In this document: in pieces, positions 11,301 through 22,491 of the stretch | Layout: each line of letters opens with the position of its first letter | Position numbering within the stretch: position 1 is the stretch's first letter | NCBI GenBank assembly: GCA_950097015.1 | Contig: CATNEN010000011.1 | Span: forward strand, 2,666,001-2,730,000 | Source: Macrostomum hystrix | Taxonomy: Eukaryota; Animalia; Platyhelminthes | Direction of reading: 5' to 3' | DNA: 64,000 nt | Program-made: the position numbers and the translations under genes | The notes under the pieces: generated by a model | What the model was told of the DNA's origin: nothing | The model's database searches: none | Seen by the model: the letters and a program-made list of their open reading frames with translations, nothing else

Positions 11301-12825
11301 TTTGTAGTGACGTCATTGGCAGCTGCTTGCGTAGCACTGCTATGCGGTGCAAATATCTGAATGGGAATAAAGTATTAACAATGATGAAATTAATGCAATG
11401 TTTATTACATTTTTTTTCTTTGACTCTCTATTTAAAAATATTTTTTAAAAGGCGAAATTCTTTTGCGAGTGTTCTGGATTGGTTGAATATTTTGGGAGAT
11501 ACAAAATGGTGGGTATTTTTATTACCCCCCCTAACTGTTTCTACTGTTAACATCCTGTCTCATGTTAGGATTTTTGCCACTCGCACCAAGGTCCCGAGCT
11601 CGATTCTGAGGCCACATTAATGTAGGTTGCAGCCGCGGAGAGAAGGCTTGGGGGCTTGTCGTACAATTTACAATTTACGAGGGATGTCCAAAAAGTCTTA
11701 GGAATTTTTCACATAACTATTTTCAGCAGCTAGCAAGACTAGCAGCAACAAATTCATTTTATAGCGGTTTTTTACATATGACAGTAAAATAATTTAAAAG
11801 ATATCACTAACTGTTCAAAAGTTACGCCTCATTAACTGCAGTGGGGTACTGCTTCTCAATACATGAACAAGAACACGGAGGCTGCGTATGGAGCGACAGG
11901 AAACAGAAGGTCAAATGTCGTCATCAGTGGCAACTGAGACCTTCTCAACATAGTCACCCTTCATTTGGATGCACTTCTTCCACCGGGTAGGCATAGGCCA
12001 CGTCGTTAATGGAATCTGCATATCGTGGCCTTGGCATTTCGTGGACAAGAACCCGTCGCACTTCTTGCTCAAGGCAGTCACGGTTGGCATGAACTCTGTC
12101 CCTCAGAAGCTGCTTGAGCTTCGGGAAGATGGCGAAATCAGCTGGTGCCAGTTCCGATGAATACGGTGGGTGAGGCAGGAGGTTGAATTGCATTTTTTTT
12201 GCTTTGGGTGTCTTTTGTGCAGTGTGGGACCGAGCATTATCATGATGAAGGAGCAGTGGTTTACTGTGGATGGGTGGGTGTGTCTCTTCAATGGCTGTTT
12301 CATAGTGCCACATAAGCTGAAGCAAATGAGCATTTTACCATAGATATAGAAAGTGATGACGTGGCACACGTGGCACAAGTTTAAAGTTGGTTCAATTCTG
12401 TGAGATTTAAAAATTGTAGTTCAGTTCAACTTCCTGTTCATGCATTGGGATGCAGTAACCCACTGCAGTTAAGGAGGCATACATTTTTAAATAAAGCTGC
12501 TGTAAAATTTATTTTGTTGCTGTTACTCTTGCTAGCTGCTGAAAAGAGTTATGTGAAGAAGTCCTAAAACTTTTTGGACACCCCTCATACTACTATGCAA
12601 CCTAATGCTTTCGGGAATCAATATGTAAAAGAAAAATCTACTTATAACTACAAAAATAACAGATTACACACTCGCCATTCTTCTAGCTGATGCATGACAA
12701 CCGCAGGTCGCTCCGCAAATTTCTGCACCGATCAGCAGTGAGGCGATGAGTGTCGATAGAATTCGCGCCGGTTTAAATTTCAGTGTTCTTATTTGAGACT
12801 TAGAGAGTCTAAAACTGTTCGACAT
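8389..12825 (-). CDS. Astacin-family zinc metalloprotease (M12A) with signal peptide, propeptide and hydrophobic C-terminal tail, 3 exons
   Basis: Exons 12825-~12676 (MSNSF..ILSTLIASLLIG, signal-like; donor uncertain), 11356-10769 (propeptide EGDIM; HEFMHALGYWHEHSRLDRD zinc motif) and 8709-8389 (YDTNSIMHY Met-turn). Phase-0 junctions. Exon 1 is less certain than exons 2-3. Confidence 0.85.
8750..10430. repeat. Minisatellite, 28-bp unit GACAGGCACACATCCTACATATTTGGTT, ~60 copies, in astacin intron 2
   Basis: Near-perfect 28-bp periodicity with a few recurring single-base variants. Confidence 0.97.
10430..10735 (-). mobile_element. tRNA-derived SINE family 1, near full length
   Basis: Reverse complement starts AGGAGGTTGCAGCCTAGTGG (A-box), has GCTCGATTCC (B-box), shares body and GGCAGGTGTAAT-(TAT)n tail with 35860-36125. 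Confidence 0.8.
11572..11677 (+). mobile_element. 5' fragment of SINE family 2 abutting the mariner element
   Basis: TTTGCCACTCGCACCAAGGTCCC..CTCGATTC..GGCCACAT..GCCGCGGAGAGAAGGCTTGGG matches the head of 16866-17216. Confidence 0.65.
11678..12587 (-). mobile_element. Internally deleted mariner (DD34D-type) DNA transposon with long imperfect TIRs
   Basis: Terminal inverted repeats CGAGGGATGTCCAAAAAG.../...CTTTTTGGACACCCCTCA flanked by TA on both sides. Transposase remnant LHHDNARSHT...PHPPYSSELAPADF (ORF 11954..12325). Confidence 0.9.
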
Positions 12826-13549
12826 TTTTAAAAATATTTCCTGTTTTCGTAGAAATATCCCTTACCGATATCTATCGTTTCCGTTAGTTCGGTTTGTCTT
12901 TTTATAGCTGTTGCGAGTAGCTTAGATATTTGTTTATGGCCTATAGCCATGCCAATATGGTGTTGACTGCGAGCGAGACTTCTATGTACCAGAAATATAC
13001 TCTATACGTATGGCTTATGCCATTACTACGTCGATGCTCTATTCATACACACAGACTTTAACGATAGCTAGAACTATAGAACTATAACTAAAACCAACGA
13101 TAGCTAGCTAGAAAAATACATGCGTTTCGTGTGAGACTTTTAGAGTTCAAATTTCCCATGCGAGTGACATTTATGAAAGTCTATAATTAGTTCATAGCCA
13201 GCGGAAAAAATTCTATGGGCATGCGCAACTTATTAGAAAACGTTTTTATAAAACATATTTATCCCCCACTTGGGCCCGGCCAAATAATTTAAATGGCTCC
13301 GCCAATAGGAAAGCAAGATTCATTTATCTGGCCCGGACAGTTTTTACCATAGAATACAGACTTTGGCGACCGTCAGCCAAGCGAGGGATACTTAGAGTAT
13401 TACCACCTCGGGCTGCATGTCTATGGCCGATCGGCTTCGCCTCGGCCAATAAGTATAGAATACTTATTGAGGAGGACTAGGCTGAGGACGCGTTTCTTGG
13501 CCGAGGCGAAGCCGAAATACTTAGACAAGTATTTCAGGGGGGTATTATA

Positions 13550-15088
13550 GTATTGGTTTTTGCATGCTAGGTGAGACTTTTTTCAAGCAATCTGAGACTG
13601 AATAGCAAAAACACAGTTGTCTATGGCCACCACTCGCTGCAGCCCAGCTTTTTGGGCGCGCCTTGCAAGCAAAGTAGGAAATTTTTTAAAGCTAAGTGAG
13701 AACCATATTGAAAACAAAGGCTGGGCTATGGCAAATCAACTGCGTTTAACAAGCAACGAGGATAGAGAGCGCCTGGTCATTGCCATCGAAGATGGTTACT
13801 CAAATTCGACTGTGTCCAAAATCCTTAATCTGAACAAGAAGACGGCCTATCGGATATGGAGTCGCTACGCAGCTACTGGTGAGATCCATGCGTTGCAACG
13901 CGGTGGCCGCAAGCCACAAAGACAAAAATGGATGCTGAAATGCGGAATGCCGTTAAGCAGATAGTTGAGCGAAATCCCTATGTTACTCTGACGGATGTGC
14001 AGAGAAAACTGACTTTGGAGTTGCCACAAAAGCCGGCTATCTCCGAATCCACCATAGCTAGAGCGATGAACTCCATGCTTATCTCACTGAAAGTCGCCAC
14101 CAAGGATGCCGACGTGAGGCTTGCTGCGAATACCCAGGATGTGATACAAGCGAGGCGCGACTTGTTATGATGATGACGGGACTGCCTGTGAATGACCTGG
14201 GGGGGTTTTTTCGATGAGACTGGCTACAACCTATGGACGAGAACGACGCAGGGTCGAGCAAGAGTTGGCCAGCCTGTGCGACGAACGGTGGTAACGCAGA
14301 GGGGTCCCAACATGACGATGTGCTTGGCAGTGTCATCTTACCTGGGTCTTGTCCACTGTACGCTGCAGCGAGGTTGTCAGACACGAGAGAGATTTCAGCA
14401 GTTTATTTTGGAACTGGCTAACATCATACAGGCCGATGCTCCTGGCAGACGAGTTATTCTCATTTTCGATGGTCCAAATTTTCACCAAGTGATTGAGATA
14501 CCTGAGCAGTTTGAGGATCTCATTCGTCTGCAAATTTTACCGGCGTACTCGCCGTTTTTGAATCCCGTGGAGATGGCGCACAGCGCTCTTAAGAGTGAGA
14601 TCAAGCGTCGCCTTGTAGAGCCCGCAATCGTGGCTGAGGAAAACGTTTGCCCACCAGGCATGACACGAGATGATTGGCGATACATGCTGATGGATCGGCT
14701 TGGAAGAGAATGGCTGCATGTCATTACTCCGCACAAGATCTCAGGCTGGGAGATCCACTGCACTCGAAAGTTTGCTCAGTGTATCAGCATGCAACCCTTT
14801 ATTTGATAACATTATCAACAATTTTTGCACCGCTTGTTTTGTTGTGTTCCTGCGTATCCTTTTCCAAATATATAGTTTCCGACAGTGCATCATTTTGTAA
14901 TTTCGTAAAAACCACCCCTTTGTTTTCAATATGGTTCTCACTTAGCGTTAAAAAATTTCTCACTTTGCTTGCAAGGCGCGCCCAAAAAGCTGGGCTGCAG
15001 CGAGGGGTGGCCATAGACAATAGTGTTTTTGCTATTCAGTCACAGATTACTTGAAAAAAGTCTCACTTAGCATGAAAAAAACAATATT
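13550..15088 (+). mobile_element. Decayed Tc1/IS630-superfamily DNA transposon (DDE transposase pseudogene, ~170-bp TIRs)
   Basis: TIRs at ~13550-13720 and ~14915-15088. Transposase from ATG 13728: HTH region, then FFDETGYNLW, IFDGPNFH, LPAYSPFLNPVE. Broken by a frameshift near 13920 and stops at 14168-14191. Confidence 0.9.
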
Positions 15089-15527
15089 TAATCCTAAAGC
15101 TTGGCCCGGCTCACGAGATTGCACTATTTATTAAAACTGTTTACAGCAACCGTGACCCTAGGCCTAGATACGTATAAGTTATCACCCACTTTTTTAATTT
15201 ATTTTGGCCGGGTAATGATTAAATGATTTAACTTAGTCCAATTAATAGCCAATAGGCCGGGCCAAGCTGGGGATACATGCAGCCTCGGTCACTCTATCGG
15301 CCAAATAAATAAATCCATAAGGGTAATACCACACAGGAGAAGCATACAGGATATTAACACAAAAACAGTAGCCTGATTGACAGCTTGATAAGGAAAAAAC
15401 AAATAGACTCATGTTTATGACTTGAAAGAGATATATGACTTTATCAACGTTAGGTGTCACCTAAGAATGACTCTGGTTATCTGGATAACATATGTTAGCA
15501 TGTTAGACTGGTAAAATCTTTGAAAAC

Positions 15528-15903
15528 TGTTAGACAAGTTGACCTACTGTTAGACAAGAAGTCCTACTGTTAGACAAGTTGACCTACTGTTAGACAAGAA
15601 GTCCTACTGTTAGACAAGTTGACCTACTGTTAGACAAGTTGACCTACTGTTAGACAAGAAGTCCTACTGTTAGACAAGAAGTCCTACTGTTAGACAAGTT
15701 GACCTACTGTTAGACAAGTTGACCTACTGTTAGACAAGTTGACCTACTGTTAGACAAGTTGACCTACTGTTAGACAAGAAGTCCTACTGTTAGACAAGAA
15801 GTCCTACTGTTAGACAAGAAGTCCTACTGTTAGACAAGAAGTCCTACTGTTAGACAAGAAGTCCTACTGTTAGACAAGAAGTCCTACTGTTAGACAAGAA
15901 GTG
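15528..15903. repeat. Minisatellite, 20-bp unit CTACTGTTAGACAAG(AAGTC/TTGAC)
   Basis: Two interspersed unit variants, ~19 copies. Confidence 0.95.
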
Positions 15904-16865
15904 CTAGAGTAAGATTATGTTTTCAGTCTTAGTTTAACGCATCTCTATGGGCTCCTAATGCAGCCATAAAGCTCTAAAAAAGTTTCAATCCCGCCAACTT
16001 TGACAGCAATTGTGTCCAAGAATGAAAAAGCATCAAATTCAATGAATAACTCCTTCAACCACCAGGGCTAGATTAGAAACTCCCAACTTCCTGAAAGCTT
16101 CATAGAATGGGAACTGACGGGTCAGACTTTGGTTAATCAAGGCATTCTTGATTATTGTTGTCAAGCACGCAAGCAGCTACTGTGCCTATAAGCTGCAAAA
16201 GGTCGCATGGTACTTCTTGTGTGCCGTGTCAGGTTTTTCTTTAGTAGATGAAAATGAAATTTCTCATAGTAGCTAGTAGGTAGTGGCCATTGATTTGCTT
16301 TGCCTAAAGCATGGAATTAAGTTTTTTATCTCTGAAAGTAATGATTTGCTTATTAATTACATCGATACATGACATAATTTAGAATTAAAAACTTTTACAT
16401 TTGCACTTTCAATATTAATAGCCCTTCAGTTATGCACGTAAGTAGTCAATTGCATATTCAATACGTTCGTCAGTTTTTAATTTGATAAATATATTTTAAA
16501 ATGATGGCGCTTTTAAAAACATCTAGCAAGGAAACTAATAAGGATTCGAGAAAAAAAATCATCTTGGATAAAAAATTAACAAGCCGATCTAAAAGGATTA
16601 ACAAAAGGGGATTAAAAAACAGGGCTGCATTTTACAGAAGGATTAACTAAAAGTTAATTAAAACAAAGCACTTGCGGAAATCTGACGAAAGGATAAGAAT
16701 GATTTGACAGAAAGAATTAGCAAATGGATATATATTTGATAAAAGGATTAACGAAGATCTGACGGTAGGATTAATTATTTATTGATCAACCAAGACAGTC
16801 AAAATAACGAAGATATGACAGAAGGGTTACCAAAATATTCTAACATTATGATTAACGAATATCTG

Positions 16866-17216
16866 GGGGGTCGGTGGCAGAGCGGTTATCGCGTTTGCCT
16901 CTCGCACCAAGGTCCCTAAGTTCGATTCCACGGCGAGGCCACATTCATTTGGGGCGCAGACGCGGAGAGAAGGCTTGGGAGCTTGTCGTTCAATTTACGC
17001 CCTTAAGAGCCCATCTCTTCAAGGCACAGTGAAGTGTACACTGCCAGACGATGAGAAAGTCAGGGCAGATGTACACACCTTTGTGAGCGTATGCCTGTGT
17101 ACAGTATCTGTGTGCGTGTGTGCTCAGGAGGCAGAATTGCCTCCTCGCTGCTGCGGGTCTAGTGACACCAAATGATGTGCCATTGCCCGCAGCCCTCCTG
17201 CAATTACTTTTCAAGA
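16866..17216 (+). mobile_element. tRNA-derived SINE family 2, full length with target-site duplication
   Basis: A-box TGGCAGAGCGG, B-box GTTCGATTCC; flanked by direct repeat AATATCTG (16858-16865 and 17217-17224). Confidence 0.85.
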
Positions 17217-17396
17217 AATATCTGACAGAAGGATTAACGAAGATCTGACAGAATAAATAAAAGGATTTGACAGTATGACCCGACGGAACGGATTAGCAAA
17301 TATCTGACAGAAAATAATAACAAAGATCTGAAATATAGTTCGTTTTAAGACGTGCTTTAATATAAAATTCTTTCTTCGATTCCTAGCATTGTCCGA

Positions 17397-18303
17397 TCAG
17401 CCGCAAATTGTGCAGTTGAATATCTTCATCTCAGCCGCCAGTTTGTTAAACTCGTCGAAGTTGATGACACCATCGTGATTGGTATCTGCCGCTTGCATCA
17501 TGTCGTCTAGCTCGGTGTCAGACATCCCCTCCTTCAGGATGTCGTTCATGACGAACTCTAGTTCAGCCCTCGAGATGACGCCGTCCTGATTCTGGTCCAA
17601 ATATTCAAAGATTTTCTGCTTCTCATTCTGCGGCTGATGACCGCCTTTTGCGGCGAAAGCGTCCATCATTGCGGCGAACTCCTTGGGCGCCAGTTCAAAT
17701 TTAGTTGGTAGATTAATGACTGGTATCGGAATGTCTCTAGATGGCCGTCATATAACACTAATATATCTTTATCTAACAGTCTTTGTCGTACGTACATGTC
17801 TTTATCTAAAAGTCTTTGTCTAGCACCACCTTATCTAAAAGTATTTGTACGTTTAACATAGTTTTAACAAACAGTCTTTGTCGAACACATCTTTATCTTG
17901 AACTCTTTAGCTAACATCTCTCTATCGGACAGTCTTTGTATATGTATCTTTATCTAATTGTGTTTGTCGAATATTTTTATCGAAATGACAGAATAAATCC
18001 GTCTAAAATCAATCTTTTGAACGGCTCATGTCTAACAATTTTTTGATATTTCTAGTCTTACCTTTTAATTAGTTTAAGTTTATAGTTTTATAATAAACAA
18101 TCGAGCTCAACCTGAAATTCCAGTGTGCCATTGGAGTTCTTGTCGAATTCCTTAATAAGCGCCTCGGCCTCTGGCCTAGTGACAGTCTGACCAGCAGCCC
18201 GCATCAGTCCAACCAGCTCCTTGACATCGATGGCACCGTTGCCGTTCATATCCGATCTGTCGAAAACTTCGCGAAGCAATTGCAAATTGTTGCAGTCGCA
18301 CAT
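17397..18303 (-). CDS. Calmodulin-like four-EF-hand protein (158 aa), 2 exons
   Basis: Exons 18303-18112 and 17681-17397 join in phase 0 (TLEFQ|EFAAMM). EF loops DRSDMNGNGAIDVKE, DKNSNGTLEFQE, DQNQDGVISRAE, DTNHDGVINFDE. Confidence 0.88.
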
Positions 18304-20286
18304 TTTCCGCGCTTGATTTAGGAAACTATAAATCACAGAAGAATGCACTTTTCTGCCATCAAAACGGACCTAAACAACTGAACAAGCTTCCCTTTATTAT
18401 AGTGTTCTCAACTCAACCATTCATGAGATCCCAGTCAGACAAGCTCTCTGATTGGTCGACTGCGTTGAACTGATTATTTTTCAGCTCGAGAAAGATGTGT
18501 TGGTTAAAATATGACTGTGTCAAATTAAAATCACGCTGAATTTACCGTGTTAAGTAAGCGGTGAATACAAATTTACTCTAAGTCCCTCCCCTATAGTGAC
18601 TTAGTCCCCTAAAGTGAACTAAAATAAAAAAATATAATTAAATTGAACATCTTTGTGATCGGTTGATTTCACTACCAAAGTAGAAAAATTAAATCGGAAG
18701 TTTTAAAAAACTTAAAAAGTGAAAAATTGTTATAAAAGTTCAACTTTTTTATTCCAATTAATTTCAGTTACAATTCCATGATCCATCAATTACTAATTAG
18801 AACAATAGTAGAAGAATAGATAAACAAAATATGTGTCTTACAAAACGTCATCAAAGGCGCAAAAGGTAAAATGAGAATAATAATAATAATAATACTGAAA
18901 CTGTCGATTAGGCAGAATTGCACATATATTGTCAAATATTGTCAAATAAACGTCACTAAAACTAAATAAAAATTTCTATGAACGAAAAATTTTGCGAAAT
19001 TGCAGCAAATTTAAACAAACTCGATCTCTTGTTCTGGATGATAGCCGATTTAGCCAACTGAAATGAAAGATTATAACGAGTGTACTTTTTATCTGAAGTA
19101 TTTCGAAAGAAGTTTCCCAGAATTTCTTAGAAGCGATTTAATCTCTTTGAAATAGCTAAGCTATGACTAAAATCCCCTTAGTTTGTCATCATCCCTAGTT
19201 AATTCCAGAATTCCCCAAGGTCTTAAGAGAACTCGAGAGATAAGATACTCCTGAGAAAATTCCAAAGGATTAAAAAAACTGTTGAAATCCTAATTAGTTA
19301 TGGAATTCCCAAAAAAGATAAAAACTTTTCAGCATTCGTTTTAATAAAAAAATTAAATTAACTGAAAAATCTTTCATTGTCAATTTTAATAAAATAAGTT
19401 AACTACTTAATCAATGAGCTTGTAATAGTGGCGTAGTAAAACATTTTTGGAATCTTACAATAATTTTCAGATTATCGGCCAAAATGAAACTTTAAGTTTA
19501 CACAGATTTATTTAGATTTTTTCTTCCATTTTGTGAGGCAAGTATATACATTTGCACTCTTTTACCTAGCAAAAAGCAGTTTAATTAGCTTTAAAACACA
19601 TTTTAACTTTATCAATAAACATTTCAATCGAATATTATATAGAAATCAAACGAAAGAAATTTTCTATGGCACAAAATTTGGTAAATATTAAAGTGCAACG
19701 TTTTCGGCAATAAACTTTCTTGTTTATTTTTAAACAACAAAGTACAAATTAAGGCTCTGAAAGAAAAGATTTATATTGCGTCTATTAATGATGTTAGTAA
19801 ATAAAAGAATAACAAATAGCAAAAACGAAAATAAGGACACATTTTTTGACTTACCGTAATATCTTCCTATCTTCCTTTCATCACCACTGTGCTTCCCAGG
19901 TTTGTCTGGAAACAGTTACGGTTATAATATATTGTTTGTTATTACAATGAAGTTAGCTAGACTAGTAACAATATTATTCTATCTTTTTGCTAAATTTGTT
20001 TAAGTATTTGAAACTTTGTTTTTAATCTTCAATATACCCGTACTTTTAAAATTGGTTTGTGGCGGCCACGCCACACGCGCGTGCGCGCTCCGGCAGCTAC
20101 CCCAACCCCGGCCAGGAAGGCCGGCGCTATGTGCATAAACGCTGTGCGTTGACTGGCTGCCCAGTGTACACCGCTGGCCTATATAACTTAAGACCTTTAC
20201 CTCGTGCGCCTTACCCCTTCTTCTGCCAAATAAACTTTACGTGGCTCAACTCGCCACAGGTTCTAAATAAAATATTTATTATGAAA

Positions 20287-22491
20287 TTAAAAGTACATCT
20301 GATCAATTGCAGCCTCAGGCATCTCTTTGCCACCGTAAAACATGGAGTAGACGACGCAGCCGCTGCCACCGCGTCGCCTGCTGGCATTGGGGAGAAAACT
20401 CGTTGAAACTCGGATGTAACAGGGGGTGCCTTCAAGCAGGAAGTGCGTCTCGGAGCCGTCATCGGTGAACTCGCCCTGAAAGTTTTTGTTTCTTAGAATA
20501 CTTATATTTTTGGCTGTAAGATCGCTGAGTTTTAGCTACGTTAAGGTGTTATGAGTTTAAGCAGCATGATATTTTCATGTCTCATACGCACTCACTCATT
20601 CACTCAGCACTCACTCACTCACTCACTCACTCACTCACTCACTCACTCACTCACTGACTCACTCATTAACTCTTTCACTCACTCACTCGTTCACTCAGCA
20701 CTCACTCACTCGCTCACTCACTCACTCACTCACTTACTCACTCACTCACTCTTTCACTCACTCACTCATTCACTCAGCACTCACTCACTCACTCGCTCAC
20801 TCACTCGTTCACTCACTCACTCACCACTGACTCACTCACTCACTCACTCACTCACTCACTCACTCATCTAGTGCTGGGAGTCACTCACAGTTGTCTCCAA
20901 TTGCTCTCCATCCCTAAATACTTCCATGCTGTCCAATCTGAGTACAAGCCGCACCAAACGGCCATCTAGTGGAAGCAGCCAGCACTTCAGCAGCTTGGCC
21001 TGATTGGCTAGAAATATTTCGAATGGAGTCCCATTGACCAGCAGGTCGTAGCCATATTCCATGGAATTGATTGGCCGGATCTGCACTGTGCAGTGCGCGT
21101 TGCCAACTTTGAAGTGCTCATCGCCGATCAGAGCGAATTTAAAGTCCTCCCGACGAATGCACTGCGCCATCGAAAATTAAGGATGGGGAGATTATGCTGG
21201 GGAGATAGCTGTTAGATACGATCATCGTCTATTACTCAGAAACACTGGCTGTTAGACGGTAACAGCACCTGTTAGATAGGAACAAAACCTGTTAGACAGG
21301 AACAGCACCTGTTAGACAGGAACAGTACCTTTGCTAGACAGGAACAGTACCTGTTAGACAGGAACAGTACCTTTGCTAGACAGGAACAGTACCTGTTAGA
21401 CAGGAACAGTACCTTTGCTAGACAGGAACAGTACCTATTAGATAGGAACAGCACCTGTTAGACAGGAACAGTACCTGTTAGACAGGAACAGCACCTGTTA
21501 GACAGGAACAGCACCTGTTTGATAGGAACAGCACCTGTTTGATAGGAACAGTTACCTGTTAGACAGGAACAGTACCTTTGCTAGACAGGAACAGTACCTG
21601 TTAGACAGGAACAGCACCTGTTAGACAGGAACAGCACCTGTTAGACAGGAACAGCACCTGTTTGATAGGAACAGCACCTGTTTGATAGGAAGAGCACCTG
21701 TTAGACAGAACCTGTTAGACAGGAACAGTACCTGTTGGACGGGAACAGTACCTGTTAGACAGGAACAGTACCTGTTAGACAGGAACAGTACCTTTGCTAG
21801 ACAGGAACAGTACCTGTTAGACAGGAACAGCACCTGTTAGACAGGAACAGCACCTGTTAGACAGGAACAGCACCTGTTTGATAGGAACAGCACCTGTTTG
21901 ATAGGAAGAGCACCTGTTAGACAGAACCTGTTAGACAGGAACAGTACCTGTTGGACGGGAACAGTACCTGTTAGACAGGAACAGTACCTGTTAGACAGGA
22001 ACAGTACCTGTTAGACAGGAACAGTACCTGTTAGACAGGAACAGTACCTGTTAGACATGAACAGTACGTGTTAGACAGGAGAAAAGCACATGTGCTAGAC
22101 AGGAACAGTACCTGTTAGACATGAACAGTACGTGTTAGATAGGAGAAAAGCACATGTGCTAGACAGGAACAGTACCTGTTAGTCAGCACCTGTTAGACAG
22201 GAACAGTTTCAGAACTTGCCATTAAACAGAAACATACCCACTTAAACATGAAAAGTTATCTGTGAGACATTTAAATTAAGTGTTAGTATTTTCTTAATTT
22301 GCTACACTGTAAGTTTTATGATTATAAAATAAGAATGCCAATTTAAGCTCTTTTACCTTTCCATTGATGAAGATTCCACGCATGCCAGTTGCAGTTCCAT
22401 GCTCAAATTCTACACTATAGACTCCGTTAGTTAGTGGGACCTCCCACTTAGCAACAACATCTTTGGTGGATGACTTGGTTGATGTTGACAT
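20287..22491 (-). CDS. FAIM: Fas apoptotic inhibitory molecule homologue (198 aa), 3 exons
   Basis: Exons 22491-22357, 21161-20889, 20475-20287, all phase 0. Motifs VAKWEVPL..VEFEHGTATG, YDLLVNG, LETTGEFTDDGSETHF match FAIM. Confidence 0.9.
20590..20870. repeat. (TCAC)n / (GTGA)n microsatellite in FAIM intron 2
   Basis: Direct tetranucleotide periodicity; explains the spurious THSL ORF. Confidence 0.95.
21255..22205. repeat. Minisatellite, ~20-bp unit GTACCTGTTAGACAGGAACA, in FAIM intron 1
   Basis: Tandem periodicity with variant blocks repeated at higher order. Confidence 0.95.
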
